Assembly (NCBI GenBank): GCA_964525185.1
Contig: CAZGFQ010000008.1
Location: 7,603-71,602, forward strand
DNA: 64,000 nucleotides
Reading direction: 5' to 3'
Origin: an uncultured bacterium
GTDB taxonomy: Bacteria > Fidelibacterota > Marinisomatia > Marinisomatales > UBA1611
The position numbers and the translations under genes were made by a program. Each line of letters begins with the position of its first letter. Position 1 is the first letter of the stretch. Positions 51,327-58,855 of the stretch are shown here, piece by piece. The notes below the pieces were generated by a model. That model saw nothing but the letters and a program-made list of their open reading frames with translations, did no database searches and had not been told where the DNA came from.

Positions 51327-51884
51327 TTAAGCCCCAAAAGAATGGGTGCCCAATATATGATAAATCGGTCCATCCTGAGATAATTCACTACTGATAAATT
51401 GCATCTGATTAACTTTCAATGCAATTCCATCATACTTAGATTGTAGAAATATTTTCGCATTAGGTGGTTTCTTTTCTGTGTATTTAATTCTAGCAATCGT
51501 TATATGCGGTGTATAAGAACTTTCATCAGATGGAATTCCTATGGAAAATAATTGCGTATTAATTTCATCAACAAGCTCCACTAGAAAGTCCGTCTTATCA
51601 TCTACACCCAACCATAACACAGTTGGTCTCTCAGAATCAGGGAAACAACCTGTATTGGCAATCATTAAACTTTCAGTTTGGAATCTTTTTGCAATTTCAG
51701 CTAAAATGTCATTTATTTTGTCGACTGATTCGTCTTTTGTATCCCCTAAAAATTTCAATGTTAAATGTAAATTAATATTTTTAACCCATTTGATTTCGGA
51801 CGGATCGTCAAATGTTGAGACTAACATTTGTTTAATACCCAATACTCGACTTGGTATTGGAATGGAAATAAATGTTCTCTTCAC
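51327..51884 (-). CDS. thpR: RNA 2',3'-cyclic phosphodiesterase (2H family, ThpR/LigT)
   Basis: Two HxT/S motifs (HLTLKFLG and HITIAR). 185 aa. Confidence 0.85.
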   Translation of the reverse strand: MKRTFISIPIPSRVLGIKQMLVSTFDDPSEIKWVKNINLHLTLKFLGDTKDESVDKINDILAEIAKRFQTESLMIANTGCFPDSERPTVLWLGVDDKTDFLVELVDEINTQLFSIGIPSDESSYTPHITIARIKYTEKKPPNAKIFLQSKYDGIALKVNQMQFISSELSQDGPIYHILGTHSFGA

Positions 51885-51885
51885 G

Positions 51886-53106
51886 CTATTTATCTTTCAG
51901 TAATTCTTTCAATAGTAAATTTAAAGCCGCTTGGCTGGAGCGAATCTTATTCATAGTTCTATCTTTACCAAATAGAAATTTTCTCGCAAAAGTTATTTTT
52001 TCATCAGAATACCCTATATAAACCAATCCGACTGGTTTTTCTTTCGTGCCACCTGAAGGGCCAGCGATTCCTGTGATGGATAAACCAATAGTTGTTCCTA
52101 AAATTTTTCGAACTCCAACTGCCATCTCTTTTGCGGTTTGTTCGCTAACTGCACCATATGCTATTAAAGTTTCATGATGAACATTTAACTGGGTTTCTTT
52201 CACATTATTGCTATAAGATATTATTCCACCAGTATAAATGTCAGAACTTCCTGAAACTTGTGTTATTCTATGTCCGATTAAGCCGCCAGTACAAGATTCA
52301 GCTGTTCCTAGCGTTTTGTGTTGTTGAACAAGGGTTTCAATAAGGATATCTTCAATATTATTATCTGATTTTGTATAAAGTATATCTGAAATGACACTTG
52401 ATACTTTTTCATCTAATTCATCAATGTTTGATTCACTTGTTATTACAATATCCACTCCATACGCTGATGGAAAGAATCCATAATAACATGAACCATGTTG
52501 ATTAAGGATAGGTTCAACCATTTCAGCAATTGAAGATTCTGGTTTCCCTGTAGTTCTAAATCGAATTTGATTGAATTTCTCCGGCTTTTGATCAATAACC
52601 CATGGAATTATAGTATCATTCATCATACTTTTCATTTCGATGGGAACACCCGGCAATGCAAATACTTTTGTCTCATTTTTATTAAAAATAAATCCCCGAG
52701 CACTTCCAACAGGATTTGGTATTAATTCTCCGTTATTAGGTACCATCGCTTGTGATTTATTAATTTCACTAATTTGTTTTCCAATTCGTTTAAGGAAATA
52801 TTCAGATAAAGAATTCCAATATTTATGATCAAATATTGCACGTGCTCCAAAATAGTTAAATAGTGTTTCGCGTGTGATATCATCCGCTGTGGGGCCTAAC
52901 CCTCCTGTAATGATGATGACGTCAGGCTTATTATTAAAAAGGTGATTCAAAGCGGACTGGATAGCACTATCGTCATCTTGCACAGTCAATTGATTAACCA
53001 ATAGTGCTCCAGCTTGAAAAAGATTCTTTCCTATCCAAGAAGCATTTGTATTAACAGTTGCCCCTTTAAGCAGTTCATTCCCGATAGTTAGGAGGGAAAC
53101 TTTCAT
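51886..53106 (-). CDS. cinA: CinA family protein (MoCF-binding domain plus nicotinamide-nucleotide amidase PncC domain)
   Basis: N-terminal MKVSLLTIGNELLKG...ITGGLGPTADD and a C-terminal CinA/PncC domain (TAESCTGGL). Confidence 0.9.
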   Translation of the reverse strand: MKVSLLTIGNELLKGATVNTNASWIGKNLFQAGALLVNQLTVQDDDSAIQSALNHLFNNKPDVIIITGGLGPTADDITRETLFNYFGARAIFDHKYWNSLSEYFLKRIGKQISEINKSQAMVPNNGELIPNPVGSARGFIFNKNETKVFALPGVPIEMKSMMNDTIIPWVIDQKPEKFNQIRFRTTGKPESSIAEMVEPILNQHGSCYYGFFPSAYGVDIVITSESNIDELDEKVSSVISDILYTKSDNNIEDILIETLVQQHKTLGTAESCTGGLIGHRITQVSGSSDIYTGGIISYSNNVKETQLNVHHETLIAYGAVSEQTAKEMAVGVRKILGTTIGLSITGIAGPSGGTKEKPVGLVYIGYSDEKITFARKFLFGKDRTMNKIRSSQAALNLLLKELLKDK

Positions 53107-53561
53107 CCAATATAATAAATCAATGAATGTGTTATAAATAAAGCAAATAATCCTGCAACAACATCATCCATCATAATGCCAAGACCAGCTGGTAAAGATT
53201 CCATGGATTTTATGGGTCCAGGTTTAAAAATATCAAAGAGGCGAAAAAGGGAAAATGCTAATAATCCCCATCCCAATGTTACAGGAACAAACCACAAGGC
53301 AATCCATTGCCCGACCCATTCATCTATTACTACTACAGATGGGTCTTTCGTATCTAATGATTCGGAAACTATTTCTGAAGATACAACACCTGCAAAAAAA
53401 ACAAATCCTGTTACAATTAAAAAGACTTCTTGTGACCCCCATTGCATAAATAGTGCCCAGCCAATTAAGGCTGCAATACTTCCCCACGTGCCAGGAGCTA
53501 TAGGTAAAGTGCCAACATTAAAAACAGTGGAAAATAACCATGCAATCTTTTGTCTAGTCAT
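53103..53561 (-). CDS. pgpA: Phosphatidylglycerophosphatase A
   Basis: PGTWGS motif, DEWVGQ, and FRLFDIFKPGPI. The internal start MTRQKIAWLF is preferred; the ORF extends to 53615. Confidence 0.8.
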   Translation of the reverse strand: MTRQKIAWLFSTVFNVGTLPIAPGTWGSIAALIGWALFMQWGSQEVFLIVTGFVFFAGVVSSEIVSESLDTKDPSVVVIDEWVGQWIALWFVPVTLGWGLLAFSLFRLFDIFKPGPIKSMESLPAGLGIMMDDVVAGLFALFITHSLIYYIG

Positions 53562-54147
53562 TTTGATCCTTAAAAAAGCTTTGGATTGTACCACGGTTGG
53601 AGTATAAATAATCAAATCCAGTAAAAACTGTAAATGCTGTTACCAAGAGTGATAAAGCATAGACTAATTGAAATTCTGTAACAAATTTAATTGCTGGTGT
53701 AAGCCATTGTAACGCTAAAGGTTTAAATCCAATATATATTAAAATAAAAACAATAATACTCAATTGTGTTCCTGTTTTCATTTTTGCGATGTTACTTGTT
53801 ACCATTTCGAATCCTTTGCGATTCATGAGCATTCTTAGCCCGGTTACAAATAAATCTCTGAAAATGATAAGAGACACCATCCAATAATCAACCAATCCAA
53901 TAACAGCAAAAGAAATAAATGCCGATGAAACCAATATTTTGTCTGCTAACGGGTCAAGGAATTTCCCCTGCTCTGTTACTTGATCATATTTGCGGGCATA
54001 ATATCCATCATACGCATCTGTAATTGAAGCAATTATAAATACAACTAATGCCCAAAATTTTGCTGTAGGTGCTTCATGAAAAAGAAGCAATATAAATACA
54101 GGTGTTAATAGAATTCTAAAAATAGTTAACATATTTGGAATTGTCAT
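53554..54147 (-). CDS. pgsA: CDP-diacylglycerol--glycerol-3-phosphate 3-phosphatidyltransferase
   Basis: CDP-alcohol phosphatidyltransferase motif DAYDGYYARKYDQVTEQGKFLDPLADK. Confidence 0.9.
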   Translation of the reverse strand: MTIPNMLTIFRILLTPVFILLLFHEAPTAKFWALVVFIIASITDAYDGYYARKYDQVTEQGKFLDPLADKILVSSAFISFAVIGLVDYWMVSLIIFRDLFVTGLRMLMNRKGFEMVTSNIAKMKTGTQLSIIVFILIYIGFKPLALQWLTPAIKFVTEFQLVYALSLLVTAFTVFTGFDYLYSNRGTIQSFFKDQND

Positions 54148-54737
54148 ATTTCAGTTCTTCCTTCCATAGCTCGAATGAGCGTGGCTTCGTCAATATATTC
54201 CAAATCACCACCCACGGGTAATCCGCGAGCCAATCGTGTAACTTGGATATTTTTTTCATTTAATAATTTCCCGAGATATAGAGATGTTGTTTCACCTTCT
54301 ACACTTGGGTTTAGAGCAAGAATAATTTCCATTTCAGGGGTTATTCGGCTTAAGAGTGACTCAATATTTAAATCATCAGGTCCTATTCCATCTAAAGGAG
54401 ATAATACTCCTCCAAGTACATGATATTTTCCACGATATGTGTTTGTCCTTTCAAATGCAAATATATCCTGAGCTTCTTCAACAATACATAAAATAGAATT
54501 ATCTCTTTTTTGATCTAAGCAAATTGGACAAGGGTCGGATTCTGTAATTCCACCGCATAATGAACATTTATGAATATGTAATTTCATATCCAACATGGAT
54601 TGTGCTAATCGTGCAACAGTTTCATCATCTGAATTTAAAAGATGAAAAGCCAATCGTTGGGCCGTTTTTCTACCGATACCCGGTAAACGTGATAATTCAT
54701 CAATTAGTCGAATTGCTGATTGTGGTAGAAATCCCAT
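54144..54737 (-). CDS. recR: Recombination protein RecR
   Basis: HhH LPGIGRKTAQRLAFHLL, Cys4 zinc finger (CSLCGG...CPIC), Toprim domain. Confidence 0.95.
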   Translation of the reverse strand: MGFLPQSAIRLIDELSRLPGIGRKTAQRLAFHLLNSDDETVARLAQSMLDMKLHIHKCSLCGGITESDPCPICLDQKRDNSILCIVEEAQDIFAFERTNTYRGKYHVLGGVLSPLDGIGPDDLNIESLLSRITPEMEIILALNPSVEGETTSLYLGKLLNEKNIQVTRLARGLPVGGDLEYIDEATLIRAMEGRTEI

Positions 54738-55058
54738 TTATGAAGGTAGATTTAATCCCGACATCATGCCACCTGTTACAGCATTCATTTTTTGAGAAGA
54801 AATATCCTTCGATTTAGCAATTCCTTTATTAATAGCTGTTAATACTAAATCTTCTACTAAATCCTTATCTTCTGAATATAATTCAGGATCGATAGTTAAT
54901 TCCTTTACTTCCTGATCACCCGATATTTTTATAGTAACCATTCCATCACCAGCACTTTCTTCAACGATTAAATTTTTCAATTCATCTTGGACCGTCGCCA
55001 TTTTTTTCTGCATATCTCGAGCTTGTTTCATCAAGTTGCCCATATTGCCTTTAAACAT
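54738..55058 (-). CDS. ybaB: Nucleoid-associated protein YbaB/EbfC
   Basis: 106 aa. MGNLMKQARDMQKKM ... GDGMVTIKISGDQEV pattern. Sits in the conserved dnaX-ybaB-recR arrangement. Confidence 0.9.
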   Translation of the reverse strand: MFKGNMGNLMKQARDMQKKMATVQDELKNLIVEESAGDGMVTIKISGDQEVKELTIDPELYSEDKDLVEDLVLTAINKGIAKSKDISSQKMNAVTGGMMSGLNLPS

Positions 55059-55061
55059 GTT

Positions 55062-56822
55062 TTAATTCCTTAATATTTCACCATCGAATAATTCGATAAT
55101 TTTATTAACTGTTTCAGAATGATCTTCCTGAGTTCCATGAGATTCATTCTTTTTCCCATTCGTATCTGCTTTTAATGTATCATTTTCTTCTTGTGAAAAC
55201 TTTAGTTTGAGTGATAGAGCTGTTTTTTGAACTATTTCATTTTCTATCCACTGGAGATGCCTATCTAGCATTTTTATACTAAAAGATGATTGCCCTGATA
55301 ATTGTATTTGAACAAAATCATTATCAAATTGAACAGGTTTGCTATTTTCTAAAATTGTCCCAATCGAAGGTCTTAGTCCAGTAATGTGGACTAATATATT
55401 TGGCCAATGATTAGATATTTCATCTAACGAATAATCAATTGATGCATTTTCATTTTCCTGTTCTAACGCTGGTTCATCTTCAGGAGTATTATCAGAATCA
55501 TCTTTTTCTAATTTCTTTTCTTCTTCTTTGTTTCCAGGCTTTCTCTCTAAATCTTCAAGTACAATCTTTTTTTTTGCAGAAGGCTGATCTTTTTCTTCTT
55601 TTGGTTCTTCAGTTTTTGCTTTTACTGTCGTTTTATCAGAAATACTTGGTGTTGAAGCATTTTTCGAAGAAATAGGTTTAGGGAAAACGGCCCCAGGACT
55701 TTTTACTCTTTGGATTAATTCATTAATGTGAACAGATGCATCCATTTCCAAAAGTTTCAGAACAGTCATTTCTAATATTAAATATGGATTATCTGAACGG
55801 CGAATAATACTGGATAAATCACTTAGGACTTGTCCAATACGTAATAAATCCATTCTATCCCAATGAGTTGATGCATCCACATATTTTTCGGCCAATTCAT
55901 CATTCATATCCAATAAAGTGTGGCCATCTTCAACTCCAGCATATAATAAGTGGCGAATATGTTCATTAATACCTAAAATGATTTCAACAGCAGGAACACC
56001 AACGCTAGAAAGTTTTTTAATAATATTAATGGCTGATACGGTATTTTTGTCCTTAATTGAATCCGTGAATTCAAAATACAAATCATGGGAAATGAGCCCA
56101 AGAGCTTTTACAACATTTTCATACTCAACTGAATCTCCACAAAAAGCCATCACTTGGTCCATTAAACTCAATGCATCTCTCATACTTCCATCAGCTTTTC
56201 GAGAGATGGCACTTAGTGATTCATTATCATAATTAACATTTTCTTCTTTCATAATATAAGAAAGACGATCCGATATGACATTTTGAGATATACGATTAAA
56301 ATCAAATCTTTGGCATCGAGAAATAATTGTGGCTGGCACTTTATGAATGTCCGTTGTACAAAAAATGAATTTTCCGTGTGAAGGTGGTTCTTCAAGTGTA
56401 CGTAATAATGCATTAAATGCAGGAGTTGTTAACATATGAACTTCATCTATGATAATAACTTTATAATTCCCATTCATGGGTGCGAATTTTATTTGTTCAC
56501 GAAGATTACGAATTTCTTCAATACCACGATTTGATGCTCCATCAATTTCTAATACATCTAAAGCTCTTCCATTCGATATTTCGGTTGCCTGATATGAATT
56601 GGGATCGAAATCTGCATTAGCACCTCCGGGTGCATTTAATGCCATGGCAACTATACGAGCTGTTGTCGTTTTTCCTACGCCTCGAGGTCCTGTAAACATA
56701 TATCCTTGGGCAATGCGGTTTTTTTTGAATGCATTTTCAAGTGTTTGAACTACATGGTCTTGTCCCACAACATCCTTGAAGGATTGAGGGCGCCATTTAA
56801 GTGATAATACTTTGTATGTCAT
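55062..56822 (-). CDS. dnaX: DNA polymerase III subunit tau (and possibly gamma)
   Basis: WRPQSFKDVVGQ, GPRGVGKTT, IIDEVHMLT, SRCQRF clamp-loader motifs. Charged linker and a C-terminal tau-specific region. Confidence 0.95.
   Translation of the reverse strand: MTYKVLSLKWRPQSFKDVVGQDHVVQTLENAFKKNRIAQGYMFTGPRGVGKTTTARIVAMALNAPGGANADFDPNSYQATEISNGRALDVLEIDGASNRGIEEIRNLREQIKFAPMNGNYKVIIIDEVHMLTTPAFNALLRTLEEPPSHGKFIFCTTDIHKVPATIISRCQRFDFNRISQNVISDRLSYIMKEENVNYDNESLSAISRKADGSMRDALSLMDQVMAFCGDSVEYENVVKALGLISHDLYFEFTDSIKDKNTVSAINIIKKLSSVGVPAVEIILGINEHIRHLLYAGVEDGHTLLDMNDELAEKYVDASTHWDRMDLLRIGQVLSDLSSIIRRSDNPYLILEMTVLKLLEMDASVHINELIQRVKSPGAVFPKPISSKNASTPSISDKTTVKAKTEEPKEEKDQPSAKKKIVLEDLERKPGNKEEEKKLEKDDSDNTPEDEPALEQENENASIDYSLDEISNHWPNILVHITGLRPSIGTILENSKPVQFDNDFVQIQLSGQSSFSIKMLDRHLQWIENEIVQKTALSLKLKFSQEENDTLKADTNGKKNESHGTQEDHSETVNKIIELFDGEILRN
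55566..55575 (-). promoter_or_regulatory. Candidate dnaX recoding site: A9G run containing the A_AAA_AAG heptamer
   Basis: The minus strand reads GCA AAA AAA AAG ATT GTA CTT GAA (codons 416-423). The -1 frame gives GAT TGT ACT TGA. The +1 frame gives AGA TTG TAC TTG AAG ATT TAG. Confidence 0.45.
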
Positions 56823-56837
56823 ATGTTTATTAGTTTT

Positions 56838-57106
56838 GGCCGCGCATTAATAGTTGACTTCTCTGGTCACTGAAAGGTGAAAATTAGTTTGCTCCATCTC
56901 AGATTCTATCGGCACATGATTAGAATTACTTACCGCTGCTCCCTTCCGGGCCTGACGGGGTTTATAACCGGACCATTGCAATAGTTTGAAATTTCAATAC
57001 CACTTGATTTTTCCTATCAATTCAGCAAAAGCCGTCCATTAACATCAATCTTGCTAAAGCGGATTGCAAGTTACAGGGCACCGCTGACTCCCCATCTAGC
57101 ACGGCC
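56838..57106 (-). ncRNA. ffs: Signal recognition particle RNA, long (Alu-domain-containing, Bacillus scRNA-like) form
   Basis: The minus strand contains GTCAGGCCCGGAAGGGAGCAGC (the domain IV motif). The 5-prime GGCCGTGCTAGATGGGGAGTCAGCGGTGCCCTGTAACTTGCAATCCGCTTTAGCAAG closely parallels the B. subtilis Alu domain. The termini GGCCGTGC / GCGCGGCC are complementary. It sits directly upstream of dnaX. Confidence 0.85.
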
Positions 57107-57222
57107 AATATTTTCAATAATCTTTCTAGACCTATCTAATTTATTCTATGAATAGATCTATAAATAAGACCAATAATTTAGGGTTTTAATAACGTTAATG
57201 TTATTGGATTCTTCCCAACAAT

Positions 57223-57609
57223 TTAATATATAACAACTATTTTTATTTCGGCTAATTCAAACCAATCCCAAAAGTTTGAACGATCAAGTTTAATAATACC
57301 ATTTTTAAAACTAAACCTAAGACGCTTTCGGTAAAGTGATTCTGTAAACCATTCAGACTGGTCTCGTTTATAATAAATAGCTACATAAGGTGGACTATCT
57401 TCTTTGAATTCAGGAATTACCAGAGTGCAAATCGCCTCATTGAATTCACCTTCTGATGTTATAAAATCAATTTTAGTATAATTAAAAACACGTTTTTTTA
57501 GTGCTGTATATTCCTTAATGATAGATTCAGAAGTCTGAGCAGAGATTCCGCTCAGAAACATTAGAATCGTTAGGAGTAATAAAAAAAGGGGGTGTTTATT
57601 CACCCCCAA
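57223..57609 (-). CDS. Hypothetical small secreted protein, 128 aa
   Basis: ORF with a signal peptide (LFLLLLTILMFLSGISAQ). No recognised family. Confidence 0.5.
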   Translation of the reverse strand: MGVNKHPLFLLLLTILMFLSGISAQTSESIIKEYTALKKRVFNYTKIDFITSEGEFNEAICTLVIPEFKEDSPPYVAIYYKRDQSEWFTESLYRKRLRFSFKNGIIKLDRSNFWDWFELAEIKIVVIY

Positions 57610-57617
57610 ATTTCGGT

Positions 57618-58070
57618 TTACTTTTTCTTCCGCCCAAATAAACCTTTCTTTTTCTTCTTTTTAGCAGGTTTTTCTTCTTTTGCTGGTTTATCATCTTTTG
57701 GGGCGTCTCCACCTTCCATAGTTTCTAGTCTTTTTTCCCAAGCACTCATTTCTTCTCCGGATTCTTCAGTAGGAGTATCTGATGTTGGTTCGGCTTCAGC
57801 AGTAGGTTCATCTGCTGTCTCAGATTCGTCTTGGTTCCATATTTCTTTTAATTTTTCATGACGTCTTTCAGAATTATCTTTTAATGTATCAATCATTTCC
57901 GTGACTTCTTCATGAAAATCAGCAATTGTTTGTTCAAGACGATTTATGAGTTCTGTTTGCAAAGGGCCACCATATCCATCACCCACTTTTTCCATTAAAT
58001 CACCAAATTTAGACACGAGCAATTGTTTTTGTGGATCAACTTGAGGTTGATCAGTGTTTTTTTCTGGCAT
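57618..58070 (-). CDS. Hypothetical charged protein (helical N-terminal half, acidic middle, poly-Lys tail), 150 aa
   Basis: ORF in the operon context with strong compositional zonation, ending KPAKKKKKKGLFGRKKK. Confidence 0.5.
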   Translation of the reverse strand: MPEKNTDQPQVDPQKQLLVSKFGDLMEKVGDGYGGPLQTELINRLEQTIADFHEEVTEMIDTLKDNSERRHEKLKEIWNQDESETADEPTAEAEPTSDTPTEESGEEMSAWEKRLETMEGGDAPKDDKPAKEEKPAKKKKKKGLFGRKKK

Positions 58071-58084
58071 TTCGCCTCCTTTAA

Positions 58085-58852
58085 TTAATTGTTGTTAAAC
58101 TCTGATTCTGTTAAAGCAAAAGTTTCAGTTGGACTTATTATCGTGGCCATCGCTTCATATAATTCGCCACTTATAATTAGCCCTCCAATAATTCCAAAAA
58201 ACCTATAATACCATCTTTGATCCAATTCTGGGTTTCGCTGTTCATTCCAGTATTCTCCAAAACCTAGACCGATGATAGCACTAAGAGTTCGTATAATAGG
58301 TTTCAAAACTAAAACATCACGCGTTGAAAGTCTATATGAAATACTTTCTAATTCATGAATGTCTAAGTGGAGCAATTTAATTGCAGTTTGAACATGTACA
58401 GTGTCATTCTGAAAAGAAACTAATGTTCCTTTTATTTTTTTACCGCCCACAATTTTGAGATTAACATACTGTGGTTTTTCAATGTCTCTCAGTATTTCTG
58501 GTACACGTAAATAAAACAAATTCTCACGTATTAGTTTTCGCCTTTTTTCCGTTAGTTCAGGTTGACTATTTACAGATACTTGAAGTTTAGCATATTCTTC
58601 CATGGGAATAAATTTAGATGTTGTAAACCTGTTTTCACGTTTCTTCTGAGCAATTCGTGCTTCATAAACGTGGCCATCTCCCATGAATATTTGTGCGGAT
58701 TCAAACCCCCGCGCATTAGGAAATATTCCATAAAATTCGTTTTCATCCACATCAATGACAGAACCAACCTTTGGGCTCAATATAATAACTTGATTTTGAG
58801 CCGAAAGAATTCCAACCCAAAATAATGCAATAATAGTATATTTATTCAACAA
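58085..58852 (-). CDS. Hypothetical protein with a signal peptide and C-terminal membrane helices, 255 aa
   Basis: ORF separated from the upstream gene by a 3-nt gap. Hydrophobic N-terminus and two C-terminal hydrophobic segments. Confidence 0.5.
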   Translation of the reverse strand: MLNKYTIIALFWVGILSAQNQVIILSPKVGSVIDVDENEFYGIFPNARGFESAQIFMGDGHVYEARIAQKKRENRFTTSKFIPMEEYAKLQVSVNSQPELTEKRRKLIRENLFYLRVPEILRDIEKPQYVNLKIVGGKKIKGTLVSFQNDTVHVQTAIKLLHLDIHELESISYRLSTRDVLVLKPIIRTLSAIIGLGFGEYWNEQRNPELDQRWYYRFFGIIGGLIISGELYEAMATIISPTETFALTESEFNNN

Positions 58853-58855
58853 GGT

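Noticed and set aside
53176-53607. A 143-aa plus-strand ORF, together with similar plus-strand ORFs at 27223-27591, 62471-62884, 51541-51903, 48426-48779 and others in the track.
   Set aside because: Each lies entirely antisense to a minus-strand gene with clear family motifs (pgpA/pgsA, porV-like, FAD/FeS oxidase, thpR, purL-like). Their translations are low-complexity with no recognisable motif, so they are treated as shadow ORFs.
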